From positions 1-56,621 of the forward strand of contig JBDRED010000025.1 of the NCBI GenBank assembly GCA_043820025.1: 56,621 nucleotides of DNA. Reading direction: 5' to 3'. A program made the position numbers and the translations under genes. Under the pieces are notes generated by a model. It had not been told where the DNA came from and searched no databases. It saw nothing but the letters and a program-made list of their open reading frames with translations. Each line of letters starts with the position of its first letter. Within the stretch, counting starts at the first letter, position 1. Below, one piece after another: positions 18,813 through 27,733 of the stretch. Source of the stretch: Elusimicrobiota bacterium. GTDB lineage: Bacteria > RUG730 > JBDRED01.

Positions 18813-19904
18813 ATGAAACGTATAGGATTATCTTTGCCAATTATTTCAAATGACGAAAAAAAGGCAGTGCAGAAGGTATTAAACAGCGGGTTTTTAGCGA
18901 GCGGCAGTGATGTTGCTGAACTTGAAGAGGCATTTGCTCGTTATATAGGCACTCGTTACGCGATCGCTGTTTCTTCAGGCACTACAGCATTGCACGCAGC
19001 GCTTTTAGCGAATGGAATAGGGCATGGAGATAAGGTGATAACAACTCCATTTTCATTTATAGCCACAAGCAACTCAGTCTTATTTTGCGGAGCAAAGCCA
19101 ATTTTCTGCGATATTGATGAAAATACATTTAATCTTGATCCGGAAAAGGTTGAAGCATGTTTAAAAAAGACGAAAGGCGTTAAAGCAATTATCATTGTTC
19201 ATTTATACGGATTGTCGTGCGATATAGACAAATTCAGAAGAATTGCTAAAAAATACAATGTTTTATTGATTGAGGATTGCGCGCAGTCAGTTGGCGCGGC
19301 TTATAAATCAAAACTTACAGGCTCATTTGGCGATGCGGGATGTTTTAGTTTTTATGCTACAAAAAATATGATGACAGGCGAAGGCGGCATAATAACAACA
19401 AATAGTAAAAAGGTAAATGATTTATGCAGAAGCCTGATAAATCACGGCAGAAGCGCAAGGTTTGAGCATAATATTTTAGGGTTTAACTTTAGAATGACAA
19501 ATATAGCGGCTGCGTTAGGTAATGTTCAACTAAAGAAGATAGATAGTTTTAATAATGCAAGAATTAAAAACGCGGCTGAATACGATAAAATTTTAAGCGC
19601 AATTCCTTGGATTATTACGCCGGCTGTTCCAAAAGGATATAAACATGTTTATCATCAATATACGATTAAGGTGCCAAAAAGCAGAAGGGACGGCCTGATT
19701 AAATATTTGAATGAAAAGGGGATAGATGCAGCTCCAATTTATCCAATCTGTATACCGGAACAGCCATTGTATATTAAAAAAGGGTATAAGGCTTTAAAAA
19801 TAGCCCATGGAATGAGTAAAAGCGTGGTCTGTTTACCTGCGCATCCTAAGGTTACATTAAAGGATGTCAGGTATATTTGCGAATGTATTAAAACATTTAA
19901 ATAA
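18813..19904 (+). CDS. gnnB: DegT/DnrJ/EryC1/StrS PLP aminotransferase, probable GnnB
   Basis: SSGTTALH, IEDCAQS, FSFYATKNM..GEGG; GnnB assignment rests on the lpxA-lpxI and Gfo/Idh context. Confidence 0.7.
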   Translation: MKRIGLSLPIISNDEKKAVQKVLNSGFLASGSDVAELEEAFARYIGTRYAIAVSSGTTALHAALLANGIGHGDKVITTPFSFIATSNSVLFCGAKPIFCDIDENTFNLDPEKVEACLKKTKGVKAIIIVHLYGLSCDIDKFRRIAKKYNVLLIEDCAQSVGAAYKSKLTGSFGDAGCFSFYATKNMMTGEGGIITTNSKKVNDLCRSLINHGRSARFEHNILGFNFRMTNIAAALGNVQLKKIDSFNNARIKNAAEYDKILSAIPWIITPAVPKGYKHVYHQYTIKVPKSRRDGLIKYLNEKGIDAAPIYPICIPEQPLYIKKGYKALKIAHGMSKSVVCLPAHPKVTLKDVRYICECIKTFK

Positions 19905-19959
19905 AGAAATTAGACTATTTTGTGTAATTAAAAATTATAAATAATGATTTGGAGAAAGC

Positions 19960-20898
19960 ATGTCAAACATTAGAGCGGCTGTTATAGGCGTTGGTAAACT
20001 TGGTTTTCATCACGCTAGAATATATGCAGGCATGAAAGGGGTAGATCTTGTAGGTGTTGTTGATAGTGATGATAAAAAAGGTAAACAAACAGCAATTAAA
20101 TTTAATACTAATTATTATGCTGATTATAGAGATTTGATTGGTAAGGTAGACGCGGTAAACATAGTAGTCCCAACTTTGCTCCATTATGAAGCCGCATCAT
20201 TTTTTCTAAAGAACAAGATACATTGTTTAGTGGAAAAACCAATTACAACGGATCTCAAGGAAGCGCAGGAGTTAGCTGATATTGCCGGCGCTAATGGTGT
20301 TGTTTTACAGGTCGGGCATATTGAAAGGTTCAACCCTGCTGTTCTTGAAGCTCAAAAATATATTAAAGCCCCAAAGTTTATTGAAGTTAATAGGCTGGGG
20401 CCTTATGATCCGCGCGTTTCGCAGGTTGGAGTAGTTCTAGACCTAATGATACATGATTTAGACATACTTCTTTTTTTAACAGGTTCAAAGGTTAAAAGTA
20501 TTGACGCGGTTGGAACAAAGCTATTTTCAAACTTTGAGGATATTGCGAATGTAAGATTAAAATTTGAAAATAATTGCGTAGCAAATGTGTCAGCAAGCAG
20601 GGTTTCTATCAAGAAAACGCGTAAGATTCGCATTTTTCAGGATGATTCATATATCTCATTAAATTATCAGAAGCAGACTTTGGTTATATACAAAAAAAAG
20701 AAGGAAAAGGTTGATTCTTTTAAGGATATACAAATGCTAAAGCCAAGAATCAAAAAAAATGAACCGCTTCTTTTGGAAATTGAAGATTTCATAAGATGCG
20801 TAAAAGGTCAAATTGCGCCTGTTGTCAGTGGTATACATGCGATGAATGCTTTGGAGCTTGCGCTGGAAATCGGAAAAGAGATTGAATCTAATTATTAA
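19960..20898 (+). CDS. gnnA: Gfo/Idh/MocA oxidoreductase, probable UDP-GlcNAc 3-dehydrogenase GnnA
   Basis: GVGKLG.HHAR, LVEKP, QVGHIERFNP, VVLDLMIHDLD, ASRVS; lpx context. Confidence 0.75.
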   Translation: MSNIRAAVIGVGKLGFHHARIYAGMKGVDLVGVVDSDDKKGKQTAIKFNTNYYADYRDLIGKVDAVNIVVPTLLHYEAASFFLKNKIHCLVEKPITTDLKEAQELADIAGANGVVLQVGHIERFNPAVLEAQKYIKAPKFIEVNRLGPYDPRVSQVGVVLDLMIHDLDILLFLTGSKVKSIDAVGTKLFSNFEDIANVRLKFENNCVANVSASRVSIKKTRKIRIFQDDSYISLNYQKQTLVIYKKKKEKVDSFKDIQMLKPRIKKNEPLLLEIEDFIRCVKGQIAPVVSGIHAMNALELALEIGKEIESNY

Positions 20899-20901
20899 AT
20901 C

Positions 20902-21303
20902 ATGAAACAATTCAAAATACTTATTTTATTTTATCTAATTTTATTAGCCGGTTGTTCGCCGCTTGAGATGTATAGGCTTGCGGCAGGCAATTCAATAACA
21001 TATCTTGAAAGGTGCGATAATGTTTATTCGGGAGAGTATAATAGAAAACAAAAAATGTGTTTTAACAGGGTAATTAATCTATTTTTTGATCTGGACATAG
21101 ATGTTTTTAATAAAAAAAAGTATGAACACATCGGCGCCAGAGGATTTAACAAAAAATACGCGAATAGTATAGACACAACAGATGTTGGAATTTTTTTTGA
21201 AGAACTGGACACAGAAAGAACCAGAGTTAAAGTTGTTTCAAATAATTATGACCTTGCGCAATACGCCTTTCAAATAATCAATGAAGAGATGAAAAGAGAA
21301 TAA
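20902..21303 (+). CDS. Hypothetical lipoprotein
   Basis: Lipobox LAGC after a hydrophobic signal. Confidence 0.75.
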   Translation: MKQFKILILFYLILLAGCSPLEMYRLAAGNSITYLERCDNVYSGEYNRKQKMCFNRVINLFFDLDIDVFNKKKYEHIGARGFNKKYANSIDTTDVGIFFEELDTERTRVKVVSNNYDLAQYAFQIINEEMKRE

Positions 21304-21335
21304 GGTTTCGAAAACCGCTGACACTAGAGCTATTC

Positions 21336-21899
21336 TTATTCCCTAATCTCTACTATTGTGTATTCCGGAACTGTTTCAAATAATTCAATAATATCTTGAT
21401 TTTTCATGCGAATACAGCCATGCGACGCAGGTTTGCCTATAAGCCCTTCTTCATTGGTTCCGTGAATATAGATGCTGCGATTTTTGCTGTCAATATTTTC
21501 GCCCAAATTTTTGTTCTGTTCTAAGCCTGCGAGCCGGAGTATTCTTGTTGTTACAAAATCATCTTTCAAATCAGTGTTGTCTGTAAATATCTCCGCTATT
21601 TGACCTGTATTTTCTCTATTAATAAATATCGAGCCGAGAGGAGCATTCGCGCCTATTTTTTTACATATATAATGCAGTCCAAGAGGTGTTCTATTAGAGC
21701 CGGCATTACTGCCTGAGCCATACATCGAACTTGATATAGGATAGGATTTTAATAAAGATGAGTTTTTGTATATATAAAGTGTTTGATTTGAAATTTTTAC
21801 AGACAGTAGATAAGTATCCGGTACATTATTATTATCAACAAATGCGCTAACAAAAAATATTAATAGAAGCATGCCTGTAAAGAAGCGTAATATTCGCAT
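21336..21899 (-). CDS. L,D-transpeptidase (YkuD family)
   Basis: TPLG, IYIHGT...ASHGCIRM catalytic motif; N-terminal signal. Confidence 0.92.
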   Translation of the reverse strand: MRILRFFTGMLLLIFFVSAFVDNNNVPDTYLLSVKISNQTLYIYKNSSLLKSYPISSSMYGSGSNAGSNRTPLGLHYICKKIGANAPLGSIFINRENTGQIAEIFTDNTDLKDDFVTTRILRLAGLEQNKNLGENIDSKNRSIYIHGTNEEGLIGKPASHGCIRMKNQDIIELFETVPEYTIVEIRE

Positions 21900-22100
21900 A
21901 ATACATCCTTTTCTAAAGTTTGACATATATTCTAAATATTTATTGCCTATTCCTCAAGAAAAATAAAATTATTAATAAAAATGCCTGATTATAATAGGCT
22001 TTTGGTTGCCTGAAAAAATGTAAAATTGTATAATTATGCTTAAATGACAATAATATATTAATATGCTATAATTATAAAATTTTAATAAAGGAGCGTCAAA

Positions 22101-23216
22101 TTGAGGTTTTTTTTAAAGGTATTTTTAAGCATGGCTTTTATGTTTACCGCAAACAGCTACATATATCCGCTAATTACAGATAATGCAAAGATGGAAGCTG
22201 AGTTTATTGAATTTGAAACCGCTAAAGAGGAAGATTTACAGCCTGCCAAGATGCTTTTAAATCTTCCTAGAGAAATATTTTCCGAAACATTTATTAATCC
22301 TGCGCTGGAACCGGGTATTAATGAAAGTTTACCTGTCATTTCTATAGATTCAGAGTATTCTAAACTGAACATAAAGTTAATGGAAGATGAAAGCTGGCGC
22401 GCAGAATTAGATAGTTTAAAAAAATGGGTGCAAAAGGAAAAGAAGAGATCCTATAGCAAAATGCTCAAAAAAATCGAAGTATACGAAGAATCGTTTAATA
22501 TGCGTAAAATCAAACTCACCGACTATATTTCAAAAATAAAATATATTATTGATAAAACCCGGCAAAAAATAACAGCGCTCACAATCGATCCTATTGATTA
22601 TCCAAACCTGACTTTATACTTAGAGAATCGCGCTTTGCAGATTTATCTTAGCAGAGACAAAATAATTAAGGAAAGCATGGATTTTACTAACCGGATAAGG
22701 GGCTATGGATCGCCTGAAGAACAGAATCTTTTAAAAGATTTGCTTTGGAAACAAAAATCTGTGCCGTATTATAGCGCCTTAAAATCTATTTTTGAACAAA
22801 AGGATTCTAGAATACAAAGGCAATACAAAAATCTTGCGTTATATTTTAGATATTTAGAAAAATCTGAGAAGGTTAACGAGATAGAGCTTTTAGAAGAGAC
22901 TGCGAGGTATGTTTACAAAATTAAAGATGAAATTGCTGAAACACAGAGAGAAAAGGACATAATTTTTGTTGATAGATATGTAACTACTGTAGATATGTAT
23001 ATGGCAAGTCTAGTAAGCGAAACGCTTTTTGTGGAGTTTCAAGAGAACAGAGATAGGATGTTTGAGATTGTTGACTCATATTATAATGACGCTGATACTG
23101 AAAAAATAAAGGAAAGCTTAGGTATTATGGATGCTCTTTACAGGCTGACTCAAAAGAAAAGCGATCTGCTTTTTTATAATATCATCAAAGAAAAAAAACA
23201 GCCGCAAAAAAAATAA
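22101..23216 (+). CDS. Secreted hypothetical, largely helical protein
   Basis: Signal-like N-terminus; TTG start with AAGGAG RBS; no family motif recognised with confidence. Confidence 0.7.
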   Translation: MRFFLKVFLSMAFMFTANSYIYPLITDNAKMEAEFIEFETAKEEDLQPAKMLLNLPREIFSETFINPALEPGINESLPVISIDSEYSKLNIKLMEDESWRAELDSLKKWVQKEKKRSYSKMLKKIEVYEESFNMRKIKLTDYISKIKYIIDKTRQKITALTIDPIDYPNLTLYLENRALQIYLSRDKIIKESMDFTNRIRGYGSPEEQNLLKDLLWKQKSVPYYSALKSIFEQKDSRIQRQYKNLALYFRYLEKSEKVNEIELLEETARYVYKIKDEIAETQREKDIIFVDRYVTTVDMYMASLVSETLFVEFQENRDRMFEIVDSYYNDADTEKIKESLGIMDALYRLTQKKSDLLFYNIIKEKKQPQKK

Positions 23217-24058
23217 TGCAGGAAAATTATATGCTAAGGAAAATGGTTATAACTGATCTGGATGGAACTCTCATAGGGCCGGACAATAAAATAAGTAGAA
23301 CGGATCTAGAAACATTAGCGGCATTAAGAGCCGAGGGCATAATCTGCGCAGCTGCGACAGGAAGGTCTTTGCATTATGTTAATAAGGTTGTTACTAATGA
23401 TATTCCGTTAGATTATTGTATTTTCTCAACCGGCGGAGGAATTATTGATTGGCCAACTAAAGAAATTCTTGTTTCTCACAGATTAAACTCATCAGAGATT
23501 TATGAGTCATTTCAAGTTTTATCCGAGTATAAATTGGATTTTATGATACATAATCCTATCCCGGATAATCATTATTTTCACTATTTTAAAAATAGCGTAA
23601 ACAATAAGGATTTTGATACGCGGGTTCATAGAAACAGCGAGTTTAAAAAAGAATTAGATGCCGGTAATATTCCTAAAAACGCGGCTCAGCTTATTGCGAT
23701 ACATTCTTCGCCGGGTTCTAGAGAGATATATTATGAAATTAAAAAACAACTACCGCGTTTAAATGTTATAATGACAACATCGCCGTTGGATGGATTTTCT
23801 ATATGGATAGAGATATTTCCTAAAGCGGTTTCAAAGAGCTGCGCTGCTATGTGGCTGGCAAAAAAGTGTAATGTTTCAGAAGATAATATTATGGCTGTTG
23901 GCAATGATTATAATGACGAAGATTTGTTAGTTTGGGCTAAAAAAAGTTTTGTTGTGGATAACGCGCCATTAGATTTAAAAGAAAAATTTAATGTAGTCAA
24001 AGGCTTTGATGATTCCGGATTTAGTGACGCGGTTAATAAATGGAAAAAGGGACAGTAG
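23216..24058 (+). CDS. Cof-type HAD-IIB hydrolase
   Basis: DLDGTL, ATGR, SK, GNDYND motifs. Confidence 0.9.
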   Translation: MQENYMLRKMVITDLDGTLIGPDNKISRTDLETLAALRAEGIICAAATGRSLHYVNKVVTNDIPLDYCIFSTGGGIIDWPTKEILVSHRLNSSEIYESFQVLSEYKLDFMIHNPIPDNHYFHYFKNSVNNKDFDTRVHRNSEFKKELDAGNIPKNAAQLIAIHSSPGSREIYYEIKKQLPRLNVIMTTSPLDGFSIWIEIFPKAVSKSCAAMWLAKKCNVSEDNIMAVGNDYNDEDLLVWAKKSFVVDNAPLDLKEKFNVVKGFDDSGFSDAVNKWKKGQ

Positions 24059-24097
24059 TTAATTTTCTAAAATAAATTAAATACTGTCCCTTTTTTT
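24044..24097. terminator. Probable bidirectional terminator between convergent HAD and ferredoxin genes
   Basis: aaaaagggacagta ... tactgtccctttttt inverted repeat flanked by A and T runs. Confidence 0.7.
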
Positions 24098-24099
24098 AA

Positions 24100-24387
<288 letters not shown>

Positions 24388-24406
24388 TTAAATTCATTCT
24401 ATTAAG

Positions 24407-24511
24407 CTGAGTAAAGAAAATATTCGCGGGATGTTGAAAATTCGAGCGGCCATGGTCTCCCGACTTTAGGCGGGGATTTCAAGCGGTCCTGAGAATATTA
24501 TCTCTACTCAG
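24407..24511 (+). repeat. Long imperfect inverted repeat / structured intergenic element
   Basis: CTGAGTAAAGAAAATATTCGCGGGA pairs with TCCTGAGAATATTATCTCTACTCAG; inner hairpin TCCCGACTTTAGGCGGGGA. Confidence 0.75.
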
Positions 24512-24543
24512 TTTGGTTATGTTTCCGGAGTTTTTATTCTATA

Positions 24544-24572
24544 TTGACCATTAGTTATAAATTTTGTATTAT
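24544..24572 (+). promoter_or_regulatory. sigma70-type promoter of acyP
   Basis: TTGACC-17 nt-TATTAT. Confidence 0.55.
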
Positions 24573-24578
24573 TTTATA

Positions 24579-24854
24579 ATGATAGAACGTGTTGAGTTAA
24601 AAATATCAGGAATGGTACAGGGTGTTTGTTATAGGTATTTTGCTATTGATAAGGCAAAGCCTCTAGGCATTAAAGGGTATGTAAGAAACTCAAGCGACGG
24701 CGCAGTATATATTGTAGCTGAAGCGGACACAAAAGTCTTGAAAGACTTTATTAAAATCTTAAAAAAAGGACCGTATCCGGCTCGTGTTGACAATGTCCAA
24801 GAGAATTGGCAGTCAGCGCTAAATGAGTTTAGCTCATTTGAGATACGTTATTAA
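24579..24854 (+). CDS. acyP: Acylphosphatase
   Basis: G.VQGV.YR, GYVRN..DGAV, GP.PARV, FEIRY. Confidence 0.93.
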   Translation: MIERVELKISGMVQGVCYRYFAIDKAKPLGIKGYVRNSSDGAVYIVAEADTKVLKDFIKILKKGPYPARVDNVQENWQSALNEFSSFEIRY

Positions 24855-24860
24855 AAAATT

Positions 24861-25694
24861 ATGAAATACTCTCGAGAACATGTTAGTCTCTATTTTCGGC
24901 ATCTTGAAAAAATTCCAACCATCTCTCCGGATGAGTTTAAAATGCTTTATAAACGGATTAGAAAAGGTGACGAAAAGGCTACGAAAAGATTAGTTGAAGG
25001 AAATTTGAGGCTGGTCGTTTCTATTGCAGCTAAGTATCAGTATATGGGACTTTCTTTCCTTGACCTGATTGAAGAAGGCAATATGGGGCTTATGAAAGCG
25101 GTTGACCATTACAGGCTTCAGAAAGGTTCAGGATTTAGCACATATGCAACATGGTGGATAAAGCAGTCAATAAGAAGATCTATTGATAACCAGGCAAAAA
25201 CTATTAGAATACCGAGCTATGCTTTAGAAAACATAAAGAAATGGGTAAAAAACTGCGAGCGCGTGCAGGCAAAACTCGGGCATAATCCAACTATCACTGA
25301 AGTCGCGGCTAATATGAATTTGTCGAGCAAAGAAATAAAAAATCTTATTTACGCTACAGAGGTAATGAAAGGTGAAACCTCTCTTGATCAGATGATTACT
25401 GACGATGAAAACTTGAGCATGGGGGACGTTGTAGCAGACAAAAATAAAGACGCAAGCCCCGAGCAGGTTTTCATGCTCTTGAAACAAAAAGAAGGGCTTG
25501 AAGAGCTGTTGACTATGCTCAATGAAAAGGAAAAAAGAATCATTAGCGAGAGATTTGGTCTTTCAGGCGGAGAGATCATGACGCTTAAGGAACTTGGCGA
25601 AGAATTAGGCGTTTCTCGCGAAAGAGTAAGGCAGATTGAGGAAACAGCGATAAATAAGATGAGAATTTTTGCTAAACAAAAGAATATATTATAA
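24861..25694 (+). CDS. RpoD/RpoS-like sigma-70 factor lacking region 1.1
   Basis: NLRLVVSIA, DLIEEGNMGLMKAV, FSTYATWWIKQ, TIRIP, SRERVRQIE; only 277 aa. Confidence 0.92.
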   Translation: MKYSREHVSLYFRHLEKIPTISPDEFKMLYKRIRKGDEKATKRLVEGNLRLVVSIAAKYQYMGLSFLDLIEEGNMGLMKAVDHYRLQKGSGFSTYATWWIKQSIRRSIDNQAKTIRIPSYALENIKKWVKNCERVQAKLGHNPTITEVAANMNLSSKEIKNLIYATEVMKGETSLDQMITDDENLSMGDVVADKNKDASPEQVFMLLKQKEGLEELLTMLNEKEKRIISERFGLSGGEIMTLKELGEELGVSRERVRQIEETAINKMRIFAKQKNIL

Positions 25695-25787
25695 ATACAG
25701 AAAACATAAAACTCTGTCATTGCGAGGCCGGCTGCTGTGTGCAGTGGCAACGAAAATTGCCGCGTATTAAACTTATTTGGAGGAGAA

Positions 25788-26303
25788 ATGGAAGATATTA
25801 AAAAAGCGGTAAGGGATGTTCCGGATTTTCCAAAGAAAGGCATTATCTTTAAAGATATTACAACGGTTTTAAAGGATGCGGCGCTTTTTAAAAAGCTTAT
25901 TGATGTTTTTGTTGAGAAATATAAAAATAAAGATATAAAATATGTGATTGGTATAGAGGCTAGAGGATTTATAATAGGCAGCGCTTTGGCGTATAAGCTT
26001 GGCGCAGGGTTTGTTCCTGTTCGTAAGAAGGGGAAGCTTCCTGCTGAAACTATTCAAGCTGAATATGAACTTGAATATGGAACCGATATAATTGAGATGC
26101 ATAAAGATGCTCTCAAAGAAGGAGATAATGTTTTAGTAATAGATGATCTTTTGGCAACAGGCGGGACGTTAAATGCCGCGTGCTCTTTGGTTGATAAATT
26201 AAAGGGAAATATTGTGGCTGTCGCATGCGTTATAGAATTAAGTTTTTTAAATGGCAGAGAAAAGTTGAAAGGCAGAAATATTTTTTCATTAATTCAATAT
26301 TAA
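25788..26303 (+). CDS. apt: Adenine phosphoribosyltransferase
   Basis: PDFPKKGIIFKDITT, EARGF, RKKGKLP, VIDDLLATGGT; GGAGG RBS. Confidence 0.97.
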   Translation: MEDIKKAVRDVPDFPKKGIIFKDITTVLKDAALFKKLIDVFVEKYKNKDIKYVIGIEARGFIIGSALAYKLGAGFVPVRKKGKLPAETIQAEYELEYGTDIIEMHKDALKEGDNVLVIDDLLATGGTLNAACSLVDKLKGNIVAVACVIELSFLNGREKLKGRNIFSLIQY

Positions 26304-26338
26304 CGCATAACACAATTACTAACTACTCATCACGACAT

Positions 26339-26412
26339 GCCCCCGTAGCTCAGCAGGATAGAGCGACGGTTTCCTAAACCGCAGGTCGGACGTTCGAATC
26401 GTCTCGGGGGTA
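26339..26412 (+). tRNA. tRNA-Arg(CCT)
   Basis: GCCCCCGTAGCTCAGCAGGATAGAGCGACGGTTTCCTAAACCG...GTTCGAATC...CGGGGGTA. Confidence 0.96.
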
Positions 26413-26443
26413 ATATTATCATAAGAGGTAGAGGAAAAATTAA

Positions 26444-27106
26444 ATGATAGATTTACATACTCATACGTTTTTAAGCGATGGCGTTCTAGGTGTGTCCGAA
26501 CTTGTGTATAGGGCAAAGCTTGCCGGCTATGACGCTATTGCGATTACTGACCACGCGGATGAATCAAATATTGAGTTTGTGTTAAAGGCTCTAAAAAAGG
26601 CTGCGCCAAATTTATCAAAGGCGTACGGCATTGATGTTTATTATGGAGTAGAGCTGACGTATGTGCCTCCTGTTATGATTGGTAAATTAGTTAAAAAAGC
26701 GAGAGCGAATGGCGCGCAGTTAGTTGTTGTTCATGGCGAGACCGTTGCAGAGAATGTTCCGCCCGGAACAAATGAATCGGCTATTAAGGCCAAAGTTGAT
26801 ATACTCGCGCATCCGGGTAATATAACCAAAGAATTAGTCGAATATGCGAAAAAGAATGGCGTATGTTTGGAAATAACCACGAGGCGCGGGCATAAAGAAA
26901 CTAACAAACGCGTATTTGAACTGGCAAAGGCAGTGGGCGCTAAGCTCGTCATGAATAATGACGCGCATGGCCCTGCTGATATATTGAATAAGGATGGAAT
27001 AAAAAAGGTTTTAATTGATACGGGTATTTCAATTAAGGATTATGAAGAGATGGTAAATAACGCTAAAGAAATATTAAGCAATATTAATAAAAGGAGAAAA
27101 AGGTGA
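26444..27106 (+). CDS. PHP-domain protein (histidinol phosphate phosphatase-like)
   Basis: DLHTHTFLSDG, AITDH, VHGET, LAHPG, NDAH. Confidence 0.9.
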   Translation: MIDLHTHTFLSDGVLGVSELVYRAKLAGYDAIAITDHADESNIEFVLKALKKAAPNLSKAYGIDVYYGVELTYVPPVMIGKLVKKARANGAQLVVVHGETVAENVPPGTNESAIKAKVDILAHPGNITKELVEYAKKNGVCLEITTRRGHKETNKRVFELAKAVGAKLVMNNDAHGPADILNKDGIKKVLIDTGISIKDYEEMVNNAKEILSNINKRRKR

Positions 27107-27729
27107 GAACACACGAACAGTTTCTTGAAGATTTAATAATATGGGTCAGGGAAAATAAGGACCAGGTTGTGATTATTCTTGCGACATTTATATTTATTAT
27201 CGCGCTTATTCCAATTTTAATTAACTATAATGCTAAAGCTAAAAAAGAGTCCTGGAATATGTACGCTCAAATGCAGAGTAATTTTTATAAAGGCAATTTT
27301 AGCGAGGCTGTTAATCAGAGCGCAAATTTAATTAGTCAGCATGGAAAGACAAATGCAGCTAAATTTGCTTTTCTAACAAAAGCGAATGCGTTATTTTATT
27401 TAAGAGAGTATGATCAGGCAATAAGCGCTTATGATGGATTTATTAATAAATATAAAAAGGGCGAGCTTATCCCCATAGCGCTTTACGGAAAAGCTTACGC
27501 GCAGGAAATGTCAGGTAAATTTCAGGACGCAATTTTGAGTTACGACACAATTATTAATGATTATTCTGAGTCTTATTTACTGCCGGAATCATATTTTAAT
27601 AAAGCAAGATGTTTGGAACTTAAAGGCGATAGGCCTTATGCAGTTGAAGCATATCAGATGGTTTCTACTATGTTCCCGCAAACACCCTGGCAAACAATGG
27701 CTAAGGCAAGAATAGAGGCATTGAAATGA
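27103..27729 (+). CDS. Membrane-anchored TPR protein (YfgM-like)
   Basis: Single N-terminal TM segment followed by TPR-like helices. Confidence 0.8.
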   Translation: MRTHEQFLEDLIIWVRENKDQVVIILATFIFIIALIPILINYNAKAKKESWNMYAQMQSNFYKGNFSEAVNQSANLISQHGKTNAAKFAFLTKANALFYLREYDQAISAYDGFINKYKKGELIPIALYGKAYAQEMSGKFQDAILSYDTIINDYSESYLLPESYFNKARCLELKGDRPYAVEAYQMVSTMFPQTPWQTMAKARIEALK

Positions 27730-27733
27730 TGAA

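Noticed and set aside
26319-26516. 65-aa minus-strand ORF
   Set aside because: Antisense to tRNA-Arg(CCT) and the PHP gene
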